DNA of 64,000 bases from NCBI GenBank assembly GCA_002269645.1, contig NIVC01000158.1, positions 372,001-436,000 of the forward strand, in the 5' to 3' direction. Source of the DNA: Macrostomum lignano (lineage: Eukaryota). This document shows, piece after piece, positions 22,555 to 34,007 of the stretch. The stretch's first letter is position 1. Each line of letters begins with the position of its first letter. The position numbers were made by a program, and so were the translations under genes. The notes under the pieces are model-generated. The model was not told the origin of the DNA. It was given only the letters and a program-made list of their open reading frames with translations, and did not search any database.

Positions 22555-25232
22555 AGCATGAGTTTTTTGGCCATAGTCTTTTTTCCATGTATAAAACTAA
22601 AATAGATTCTGTTACTATGGTGCTAAGCTTGTTCTCCAGGTGACCAAAGCAATCTGATTCGCACCTTTCGCATCGATTCCCAATTTTGAATTCATGCAGC
22701 AAGACTTTCCATTCGACTGCAAGTTGGAAGTTTGTGACGTCGCATCTCATCAGTTAAGTAAATATAACAGGAGCGCCGAGGCTGCTGGAGATGTGATTTT
22801 CTAGGATTTTTCCCGTCAACTTGGAATGTTTGCAGCTGATGAAACTGTAGAAATCTATGAAATATTGCCAAATTTAGTTTTTAAAACATTCTCCTTGCCC
22901 CCACAGAGTACATCGTTGACGGCTGCGACGTGAAGACACTCCAGTCCGGCCAGCTGATTCAAAAGTACAAGAAGGGCGTCGACAGCGAGTGCCGTCACGC
23001 CTACCAGTACCGCTGCTCCGACCAGTGCCTGGCCTGGTACCGATCGGTCAAGGCCAGCGAGCCCTGCTTCAACGGCGACCCGATCGACTACATTCTGCTG
23101 TACACTCGGTACAGCAGCAATGGGGATACCAGAGCGCTGGCTGGCTACCTCGATCTGTGCGCTGAGAGGGACCAGCGGGACAAGCTGCAGGTAGGGACGA
23201 GCTGATTATCACACAAATGTAACAATTACTCAACACAAATGCAAAGCCAAATTAAAATCCTCGATAAACCTCAGTAAGTCCCTACATTTCTTTTCTTCCA
23301 GGAGGCCAAAGCGGAGATTGACGAGCTGAACAAGCGATCGACTCCCGCACCTGAGGTTCACAACAGTCTGCTGAGCCACGACATCCGCCTGTTGATTGTG
23401 TCGGCCTCTTACCTGGCTGGGCTGCTGTTGGCTGCCCTGCTGGTGCTGGTCATTTTCAGGATGAAGAGGAGCTCCGTGGCCAGCATTGAGTCAAAGGGCA
23501 TCCACATGTAGAAAGTGCTAAACTGCCTAATGACCAACTAACTGTCACTGCAAGTCAAAAATGCTGCTATTACATGTATTTTTGGCACCATTTTCGAGTT
23601 CCATGATTGAATTCGGCTTTGATTTTTTGTTACCCAGATGCAAATGATCAAAAAATGAAACACGTGTGTACTTTAATAAGCTCTTTGTTTCTTGGAAACA
23701 TTGTCATTGTTGATTCGAATAATCGCTCTTATCGAAATCTAGGAATCTAAAACAGGCAAAAAGTTGAGCACTATTTATTAAATAGCGAAGTGATTTTTTG
23801 TTTTTGTTTTAGTCAGTTGCTTAGTAGTGAAACAAACAAACAAGTAATTTCTATTCGTTTTACGAGCGTAGATTTATGCAATTTTGAGTCACAAAATGAA
23901 TAACATAAGAAGTACGAAAACAAGTCGTGCTTCATCTCAGTCCTTACCGTCACGACTCAGGGAGGCTGTCTGCCACCATCACTATATTTCGGGGGGGGGG
24001 CACTTTCCCCCTACTGCCTCGCCCCTGCTGATCCGTCACTGGTGTATAGTGTTTTTGTCGGAAAAAATGTCTGAGGGAATTGATGCCCGTGCATATTTTG
24101 AGTCAAATGAGAGGCACTAATGAAGAGGATTCAATTTAAGACGGCAATCAAGATTTCTCACCTGAGCAAAGCAAGTTTGATTCCCGGGGGTTTTATGGAG
24201 TGGCAGTTGCAGAGCTCAGTGAGATGCTGCGCCGCATGCAGTCTCTGGGGGCATTGCGGTGTCATGATGGCTAATTATGTGGAGCACAATGTTATTTAGT
24301 TGTCAGTCAATGAGAGTTTAGGGGCATGGTCGTGCTTGCGGCCAAGCCAAATCGAGCGCTTGTATTTTGGAACTGAAAGAAGGCATACACACTGAACGAT
24401 GGTATTGATATACTCGCTTACAACTCGAAGGATTAACAAAGTTTGGACATAGACACAGTTTAAGCACATACGTATTGGCTGCATTAACGGATCATAAGGC
24501 ATAACATGTCCCTCCTTAGGTGAACGAGATTGATCATTTTTCAAAGCCTGATTGCGGAGCATCACCTTGGGGATTTATTTGGCCGCCAAGAGAGCAGAAT
24601 TAATGGACATGGATAGGAATATGTATGGGCGGTCACATCTGTTGGAGCTGAGAATTCATTTTCTTTCCATCTTTCCCTGGAGGAAATCCCCATTTCGAGA
24701 TCCGACCATCGGAGCCAGAAATTTGAGAAGAGAAATGACACCGCATCCGCGTGTGCGAGTGTTCGCGCCATGACTTCCCATGGCCTCAGCTCCTTCTCTT
24801 TTCGATGCTTGTTGTTGCCGCGGGGGTTAAAAAGAAGGGAGCCAAGGGTGAGAGAGAAGGCAGAAACGGACAGGCCGAGTTTGCAGGCTGGGAGCGCCTC
24901 AGGAGATGAGGTGGATATAGAGATGAGAAGAGATGCAGAGATCTGAGCCAGCATCCATTGGCCTTTGAGCTGGGAATAGCAGGAAGGAAGGCAGAGGCTC
25001 ATCTAGCAGCAAAGCACTGATTTCTCAGGCGCCACTGAAGACTGCGACGCCCCAGATCTCACCCGTCTTTTCGCACCGACACCTCAAAGGAGAAGAGGGA
25101 AAAGGAAAGACTATTAACGGGATTGAGCTTCTCCATCTCGCCTAATTCACCTGTGTCCCGGGTAAAAATCTGTGCGATACAGCTGCCAACAGAACCCGCA
25201 GAGTCGGTTGAGTGCTGCTCGGAAATCTCGGC

Positions 25233-28200
25233 ATGGCTCGTGGCGGTGCTGGCGGCAGAATCCGGTTCAGAGCGGCCAAGGGCGGCCACGCCAGCGACCC
25301 GCACGACGACCTGGCCCGCAGGCGGAACACCAGCAGGTTCCACGTAGTGAACAGCGGCTGCTTCTATAGGAGCCGCAACAGGCTGTGCCCGAGTCGCCTG
25401 ACCGACTACTATTGTGTCATGTGGACTGAGGCTGCCGATGAGGAGCCGCCAGCCGCTACGGACGGCGCTCGTAAGAGAAATGTTTTTAGATATGTTCATT
25501 AGATTTCTGAACAATGCTGCGAGTGATGGACCGGAGGTTCGACTGCAGATGAAGGGATGAAAGCTGGTTGCAGATGAAGGGATGGAAGCTGGTTGCAGAT
25601 GAAGGGATGGAAGCTGGTTGCAGATGAAGGGATGGAAGCTGGTTGCAGATGAAGGGATGGAAGCTGGTTGCAGATGAAGGTATGGAAGCTGGTTGCAGAT
25701 GAAGGGATGGAAGCTGGTTGCAGATGAAGAGATGGAAGCTGGTTGCAGATGAAGGTATGGAAGCTGGTTGCAGATGAAGGTATGGAAGCTGGTTGCAGAT
25801 GAAGGGATGGAAGCTGGTTGCAGATGAAAGAATGACAGCTGGTTGCAGATAAAGTGACGGGGCTGTCTTCATCGCTGACAAAGGAACGGACTTTCAATTG
25901 TATACTCGATAAAAACTGTCGATGATTGAGAAAAAATCATTTCACTAGAGTAACAACTGCTTTTGCATATGATCTCGTTTTGGACTTGAGTATAGTACAT
26001 GTAAAAAAAATTCAACAGAACTACTGAAGGCAGTCTCGCTACGTTTCCACAAAGCCTCTCAATCATTCTCAAACTGGTGCCGCCGAAGTGTTATAAAATT
26101 TCCTGGATTTTTCCTGTTCCAATCAATTCCCGAACGTTCGGTTCGGTTTGGGAGAAATTAATTCACCCGTCCAAGGAGCCGGGCGTAAGTGAATTAGTCC
26201 TCGGAGGCGAAATTTTCGTCTCCCTTGAGAAGCTACACTCAGCGTTTTGCGCGAAGGCGGGTGCAGTCCCGCCCGCGCGGATGACAAAATCTCATCATCA
26301 GAGCGAAGTCGTACGACGGCAGACGAAGATCGGACACGCAGAGGGGAGCAGTTCTCCCGCTTTACGATGAAGCGGAGGGACAAATTGGGGGTAGAGCGCT
26401 ACAATCGCTTGGCTGATTTATGCGCCCGCAGAAGGGGCAGATAATTAGAGAGAGAGAGAGATAGAAGAGATTAGAAGATAGCAAATTGAATACTCCAGGA
26501 TGGGATGCGCGCGAAATGGCTTCATAATGAAGGCTCATCTGTGGCCGGCGCAGGACTTGGCGAAGTTAATACGATTTGAAATTTTTCTCTGGCAGCCCGC
26601 GTCCCGATATCTGGTATTGATACCCTGGTATTGTGCATTGATGGCGCATAACACTGTCTCAATGGTGCTGTCTCAGCTGCGCACATTCTAGGACAATGTC
26701 TCAATGGTGCTGTCTCAGCTGCACACATTCTAGGACAATGTCCCAATGGTGCTGTCTCAGCTGCGCACATTCTAGGACAATGTCTCAATGGTGCTGTCTC
26801 AGCTGCACACATTCTAGGACAATGTCCCAATGGTGCTGTCTCAGCTGCGCACATTCTAGGACAATGTCTCAATGGTGCTGTCTCAGCTGCACACACTCTA
26901 GGACAATGTCCCAATGGTGCTGTCTCAGCTGCGCACATTCTAGGACAATGTCTCAATGGTGCTGTCTCAGCTGCACACATTCTAGGACAATGTCCCAATG
27001 GTGCTGTCTCAGCTGCGCACATTCTAGGACAATGTCTCAATGGTGCTGTCTCAGCTGCACACACTCTAGAACAATGTCCCAATGGTGCTGTCTCAGCTGC
27101 GCACATTCTAGGACAATGTCTCAATGGTGCTGTCTCAGCTGCACACACTCTAGGACAATGTCTCAATGGTGCTGTCTCAGCTGCGCACACTCTAGGACAA
27201 TGTCTTAAAAGTGCTATGCTGTAGCACTCTCTCTATGTCTCTGTAGCGACTCTCTGAGTGATAGTTTCATATAATTAACAGTACTAACGTATAGACTACT
27301 AAAATACGAGTAGACAGTCCTACAGACACTATTAAGGAATTGAAGAGCTCAAACTCCCCTGCCCGCAGGTCAAAACTCTACAATAGCTCTGTCCGGCAGC
27401 TCTTCAGTTGTAGAAAGTGACAGTCAAGATCAGCAGCCGCTGTGCTCCGGCGACTTCACATTGGAGGGCATCCTGCTGACGAGTAACGTGCTGGCGCCGC
27501 TGCTGCTGCTGGTTGGCAGCTGCTTGAACTGCCTTAACGGCCGCCTTATGCTGATGTACAGCAAGCGGCAGCTGCCAGTCTGCTTGTACCTGGCACTGCT
27601 GGCAGGGCTCGACACCGCTATGCTGTGGCTCCGCTTCCTCGACCTCTGGCTGCAGGCCGCCTTCGACATCAAACTGCTGCTCACTCTGGCAATTATGGAC
27701 GAGTCAACGTGTCAGCTGATTAACATGCTCTATTCAACATTGCTCCACTTTAAAGCGGCCCTACAGGTATGCTGTTCGTGGTGGTTGGCTAAAGAAGTCC
27801 TTGAGCCCAATTGTGAAAGCTATTAGTCTTGTGTTGAAGAGATGAGCCAACTATTCATACATGGACAAGTTATGCAGAGGGGTCGTTGCACTCGCAGATT
27901 GTGCGAATCTCGCGGAGGGGGGCGGTCTTCGCTGTAAAATAAAAAAATAACTCGTAATAACTCATTGCACCTGCCCCAATCGGACCAGATGTGCAACCGG
28001 CAGCTCAGCCGCAGCTATTGCGCGGGCGCATCTAAAGGATGCGTACGGCTGTTGGGGGGGGGGTCGCCACACAAACCCTTAATTACCCCAGCTAATGCTG
28101 GCACCCATTTTACAGCTAGGTGAACTGAAGCAATGCAGAGTCTTGCTCAAGGACACAAGTTTTTCCAGTGGGATTGGAATCGAACCCCCGACCTTCAAGT

Positions 28201-29408
28201 CGTGAGTCCGACGCTCTAATCACTAGGCTACAACCCCCTACAGGCTACAAACCCCTGCAAAATGTATTTGCGAAATGGGAAGTTTTCAGTTTTTTAAGCT
28301 CAAACTTGACAATAGTGTTTGGTTTAAGGTGCAGTCACAAGTCTATCAAATTATTTTTTCATAAATTTCTACCAGAGACCAGTAATCAATCAAATTCCAG
28401 CTGTTCCTGTCCCCGTAGTTAATTTTTCAGCGCGAATTTGTCAATGGCGAAACCTCATTTAGCGGGTATACAAAAAGCTAATCTTTTCGAAATCCGTTCA
28501 TAAAACACATTTGTATTGTGAACATTGCCGCTCTCAAAATAATGCTTTCTGAGTGTCACTTGACCCGCTTGCTTGTTCCTTTATTTAGTCCTCTGATTTA
28601 TTTTCCATGTGTATTTACGATCCCCGAACAGGTGTCGCTGGCGCTGGACACGGTTCGCATGATTCGCCAGCCTGTCTCGAGAATCGAGCGCTACACAGCC
28701 GAGTGGGTGAAAAACAGCGTCATCCTGGCATTCGTTCTCGTGCTGCTGCTGAACGGCCACCACCTCTGGACGCTGGCCGTTGTGAAGGTAAGCGGCGGCT
28801 CCGGTGACGCTGAGGGTGCATTCTACTGCGGCTGGACCCTTCGATGGCCAATAACGGAGCAGTTCGCCGTGTGGATTTGGCCAATCAGCGACCTGCTAGT
28901 GGGCGACCTGCTTCCAGTTGCAGTTGTCGCCGCATGTTGCATCTGTGGCGTCGCCGGCGGCGGCCTCCGCAGGCGCCGCGCAGGCCTAGCCTACTACGTC
29001 ATCGACGTTGATCTGCACTGTACTCTCCGACGCGGCCTACTGGCCTGCTGCGCCGGCTTCGTGGCGTTGGGCCTACCAACGCTTTTCCGCACAGCCTCAA
29101 TGCGCTCCGCTTTCTTCGCCCACCAACTTCGGGAAACGTCGCATCCAGCCGGACGCGGCGGAGAGCCGCTCGGCTGGGCCGCAGCCTGGTCCGAAGAGAA
29201 CGAGGCTGGAATCTTCATCCTTCGCCTGTGCTCGGGACTGCGGCTGTTCATCAGTCCACTGCTTCTGCTCGCTTCTGTGCCCCGCTACCGCTGCGACTTC
29301 CGCAATACCATTGCCGCCGCAGCCGAGGCCGTTTTCGGCTGTTGTGGCGCGAGGCGATGGCGATCGACTGGGCAGTGTGGGAGGCAAATGTATTGTGTAA
29401 ACATGTAG
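25233..29408 (+). CDS. Divergent class A (rhodopsin-like) GPCR, peptide-receptor-like, about 470 aa; exons 25233-25470, 27369-27766, 28632-29408
   Basis: Seven hydrophobic segments; TM1 GSCLN, TM2 YLALLAGLD, Cys at the top of TM3 and in ECL2, TM5 LLP, TM6 LGLP, helix 8 ..DFR; N-glycosylation site NST. Phases are compatible. Exon 1 is the least certain. Confidence 0.75.
25545..25850. repeat. 25-bp minisatellite GCAGATGAAGGGATGGAAGCTGGTT
   Basis: Tandem array in GPCR intron 1. Confidence 0.95.
26650..27205. repeat. 42-bp minisatellite GGACAATGTCTCAATGGTGCTGTCTCAGCTGCGCACATTCTA
   Basis: Tandem array in GPCR intron 1. Confidence 0.95.
28030..28238 (-). mobile_element. tRNA-derived SINE family 1 with a CORE-like domain
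   Basis: Head GGGGGTTGTAGCCTAGTG..GGTTCGATTCC (A/B boxes), then TGTGTCCTTGAGCAAG..CTGTAAAATGGG resembling the MIR CORE. Second copy at 43269. Confidence 0.75.
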
Positions 29409-30199
29409 CTTTATGGAGGCTACATGTAAATCTCCTGGTAGGAAACAGTTTTCTGCATAGGAAACTTACATGTATAAGGTGTCCATCCAACAAACGAGGA
29501 AACAACCGTTTGTACGTTTCTCTTTCTCTGCAACTCGTGTGTGTTTCTAAGTGATAAAGGATTTCACGAGTATCATTTGAAGTGATCTCCAAATTAATTT
29601 GATTTTCGAAGAAAGTCAGAAGTACGGAAAATAAAAAGTGAATTTATTTGCTAAGGAGTTCATTCTTGAAAACGCGGCTCATACGCAAATCCTTGCACAT
29701 TACACATACATGTACATGTATCTGTCAAGTATTAATTATTCACAAACCACTGTTTCTTTTCGTATCGTTAAACGCTTAATCACTAGTTGCATTCGAATTG
29801 GATTTAAATTTTAAGAAGTCTTGCAAGATGGAACATAATTAGGTGTTACATTGTACCCCTTGATGGAGCAGTTCGTTCCGCTATTCGATCTTTCGATGAA
29901 ATGAATGCTGCAGTCCGCGCTACTTCCCCCTTACATGCAACTAACGTTTAAAGCTCGTGTAAACTTTATGTGCATGTACGCTGTACATGCAGGTATGCAC
30001 AGCAGATTACGCCACACGCTTAGTCGATTCATAATTCATAATAAGATGTACGTGTTACAATGTGCAATTTCCGATGTTGAGGCCAAGCTTGAGGCCAGTG
30101 CGAAAATTTAGCCCAGTTCAAAAATTTATTGAGTCGAATTGGATCAGCGGAATAAAGTGCTACTCAAGGCACTCCAAGGAGGACGCGTGATACCATAAA

Positions 30200-31720
30200 G
30201 TGATGAAGCTTTCCATGAAGTTTTTAGTTCTTCGAGCCTACAATGTCCAGAGAAGCTGATCGCAGCGGTCAACCAAGACACGTTCGCTGCTGTGATCGTA
30301 CCTGACGGCCTCTCCAACTTCTTCACCACCTCATTCGGAGTCCTGCAGGAGATATCCTCGCTCGATCTCTTCCTGTTCATCCTTATCCTGGACTGGGTGT
30401 TGCGGACAGGGCTTCCGGACAACTCGGACGGCTACATCCTATGCAGGCGAACGAGCAGCCGGCACCCGGAGAAGCGGCTAGCTGTCCTCGGCTATGCTGA
30501 CGACCTCGCCCTTCTGGCATCCACTGCTGCCGGTGCTCAACGCCTCCTTAACGGCCCAGCTACGCTGCTGCGAGAGTCGGCCTCAAGATCAACGCCAAGA
30601 AGACGGAATTCCTGACTGTGCCAGCTGACCTGCCAATGGACATTCGCCTTCCCAGCTGGGACAGCACGACTGCAGCACTGCTTCCCCGATGCGAGAAATT
30701 CTGGTACCTTGGCGGTCTCGTGCCCAGCGTCCATGAGGACCTGCAGCGCCGCAGAGGGCTCGCGTGGGTGGCTTTCCGCTCAGTGCGTGTCGTACGCAAG
30801 GACTACTCAAGTAACATATATATAGGACGCTACACTCGAAATCTATGGTAAATGTTTTAAAGGCAACTTTTCGCCGAAAAATACACTACAGAGATGGGAG
30901 GTTTTAATTTTTTCAGCACAAAAATTGTTATTTTTTTTGATAGGAGGCAGATCCAGTGTTCATCTTGTGATATGTTGTGCCTTAATTCTTATTGCTCTAT
31001 CGAAATTCATAAAGCTTTTCGTTTAAAAAGATTTAAAGGCAGGTTTCACCAGAAAAGTACACTACAGAGATAGAAAATTTCACGATTTTCAACACTAAAA
31101 CAGTGATTGGGTCTCTTAACAGTGTCAGAGAAAGTTCTAATCCCACTATTTTGTGCCTCACATGCTGCTCTAACGACTCATTAATCGATTTTTATGATAA
31201 ATTGGTCTGTCACTTAAAAAAACGTTTAAAATAATGACAAGACCAATGATAGTTGTCTTTGGTCGTACGTGCTCCAAAACGACGCCCTGTCGGACCAGCT
31301 GAGAAGACTTGACTGTTCCAGGCGGTTGTGGAAACGGTGCTCCTCTATATAGACCATGACGGAGGTCCTGGAGAGCGACAATCATAAAGCGGTACACTCA
31401 CGCGCTACCTTCAACATCCACCGTCACGCCGAACACGTCACCAACAAAGCCCTCTATCAACGGGCCAAGCTGAGCCCTCCCAGCGTGACCCTGCGACAGC
31501 GACGCCTGAAGCTGGCGGGTAACGTCATCCGCGCCGAGTCATACTGCCGCGAGAACCGCTGCAGGAGGTTCTGCTGTGGACACAGCGGGCCCACTTCCGG
31601 CGGGGGCAAGCGCGCGGACCCGGAGGTTGGTCGACTGTTTGACAGAAGATGCCAAGTCGCCTGATCAGGCCAACGGTGTTGCCTTTATCAGCGACTGTGC
31701 GACTAGACGTGTATTGTATT
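30200..31720 (+). mobile_element. 5'-truncated, decayed RTE-like non-LTR retrotransposon (RT and C-terminal region), split by an insertion
   Basis: GVLQ..FLFILILDWVLR, YADDLALL, then FQAVVETVLLY and HVTNKALY..RQRRLKLAGNVIR; several frameshifts. Confidence 0.85.
30795..31265. mobile_element. AT-rich insertion in the LINE, possible TA-targeting MITE
   Basis: Interrupts RT-like coding sequence, flanked by TA, with weak ~14-bp imperfect inverted ends. Confidence 0.4.
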
Positions 31721-32908
31721 ACGTATCGTATATTTTAATGAAAGCAACCTACAGTACGGAATAAGTACAAATTCGGAGTTGTAATAAGTAGCAAAAAATA
31801 AAATACATAAAAAAATTTATTTTATTCTCTTTCTAATTCATACTTTTAAATATGATTTATATATATGATTTATATTTATATAAAAGTTGTTTATTTTTTG
31901 TTTTACCCATCTTATGTTTCAGTGCCCAGAATTAAATTTTAGAAGTACAAATTAAATTCAAGCAGCGAATATGAGAGCTCAGAGTTAGCTTAGTCTTAGT
32001 GTAGCTAGGGCCTAGGCCTAGTAGTCCGTAGATGAGGATCTAAATATTGATAGCAAGCGTCAAACCGTGTATTTATTGGCTCTTCAATTCATTTAGCCAA
32101 GTTTTTAAATTACTCCTTTGCGGCTTTGTAAAATTAACATTTCACTTCATAATCATAGCGTAGTCATAAAACATAGACCAAATCCAGACTGTCACTGAAT
32201 TAATGCCTCTTAGTTTTATGCAGCTAAGCCTAGTCTACTTTAAATGTAATTGAGTGTTCTCGTAGCTCTTTAGCTCATTTTTAGTGTTTACTGTTTGCCC
32301 TACTAAGTCTAGGCCTAGGCCTAGTTACTTGGCCTATGTGAATTCAATTCTCTATTTAAAATTTTATATATTCCTACGCTTCTCTGCAGCCACCCATATA
32401 AAGTCAAATAAAACATTTTAATATGAATAGAAAAGGAAATTCAGCCACTCACTCTCAGCCACATGGCTCAACACATAACAATGCTTTATCAGGAACTTAT
32501 CAAAAAAATCATCGGACTTATGTAAGACTATAGTCTAGTCAGTGCCTTTTTATATATAATTTATGTAAATGCTTTAATTATATGACACATAAAATTTGTA
32601 TTCTACAATTATAGCCTATTAAAAATAGGCCCTAGTTTTCATTTTAGTATATACCTATAATATAGGCATAATAGGCGACAGTAAAGTAAAGATAAATAAA
32701 TTTTGATCTATTAGATATTCTAGGCTTATGGCTAGGCCTATATCTAATAATTGAACTATATATAGGCCTATCAATATAGAATTTTTGTACAAAAAATGTA
32801 GGCCTAATTCTTGTAATATAATATTATTATATTGCATTTAGGAAAAATTGTATAGTGCAAAAGAAAATTGCACACTTAGGCCTATATACTTATACCATAA
32901 TTTAGATC

Positions 32909-34007
32909 CAGTGTTGGGCACCAGCCACATTCCAGATCATCTAGTATATGCCCAAAAATTTGGGCAGCATTGGCCTTGCATGCCAAAATTAGCCATACAC
33001 AGATGTGTGTATGTAAGCCTGGCATGCACTTTAAAGAATCAAATGTAAGAATTATTGTAGCATATAGCATAAATTTATTTAGCATAAATTTCAAGCTTTC
33101 TAGTTTTTTTAAATTGTAGAAAGCATTTAAACAAATCTTTGCGTGTATCAATTTTTTGCTATAAAAAATTGCCAAAAAAAGCAGAAAAATCAACCAAAAA
33201 GTTTGCTAATAGGGGTTTATTATGCAATTTAAAAAAGGTTATTTATTGTCACAGTGTAAAAAAGGTCATTTATTGTTGCAACACTGGCATATTTTTGAGA
33301 ATGGGCTTGTACTACCTTTTTTGGTATGTATTTAAAATTAATCAATTTTTGTTTGGTTGTGCATCTAGTATAATCTGCGCCTTGGGGGGGTTGGCTATTA
33401 ATTACACGAGCAAAGCCAAGCCAAGATTCCAATTGAGCCCCAAATTAATGTGACTGCACTTGGAATCAAGCCTGGGTTGCTGGCACACCAGAGTAGCTGC
33501 GCTATTGCTAGGCTATGGCCCCCATGTGAGCATTGATCACTTTGATCTCACTTCTTTCCCAATCTTTCATAACTTTCTCCTGTGCCTGCTAATGCTAATG
33601 AAACAACTCTTCTATTTATATTTTATTATTAACTAATTAGCTTTTAAGTTTTAAAGAAATAAGTTAATTCTTTTACTGTATGCTTACTTTTAGTAGTATT
33701 ATACATACAAGTTTTTTAATTTATTATGTATTACTTTTTGCTTATAAACCAGTTAGATGACCTCTGTGTTTTGCTAAAAAGATGGAAAAGCAAAGATAGT
33801 ATATTTTGAAGTCTGTTTTGAAAAAAATGTACAAGATTTCTGTATTTTCTAGGTTAACTTTAACAGATTAATGCTTTTTAACAACTTTCAGTTAACTTTC
33901 AGTTTATTTAACAAATTTAAAAGTTAATAAATTAAGATTTTCTTGTTTTAACACTAACACTTGCCATTAATGGAAGTTAAGATTTTTATTAACAGTGCCC
34001 AACACTG
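32909..34007. mobile_element. hAT-type non-autonomous element (1099 bp)
   Basis: 13-bp TIR CAGTGTTGGGCAC / GTGCCCAACACTG; perfect 8-bp TSD TTTAGATC (32901-32908, 34008-34015). Confidence 0.88.
33375..33523 (-). mobile_element. SINE family 2, partial copy (5' part), C-to-T mutated
   Basis: Aligns with 37766-37915 and 52570-52728. Confidence 0.85.

Larger units (their letters stand above)
19234..23511 (+). pseudogene. Temptin/copper monooxygenase copy 2 with a premature TGA at 19812-19814; exons 19234-19452, 19728-20142, 20229-20644, 20777-21098, 22907-23190, 23302-23511
   Basis: Same six-exon structure as copy 1. TGG (Trp) has become TGA in exon 2; the rest of the frame, the splice sites and the Cu ligands (HHL, QLHW, HMH, EEMC) are intact. 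Confidence 0.88.

Noticed and set aside
24296-24600. Stop-interrupted, protein-like frames, possibly an endogenous viral or transposon fragment
   Set aside because: No recognisable motif in any frame; it cannot be supported without a database search.
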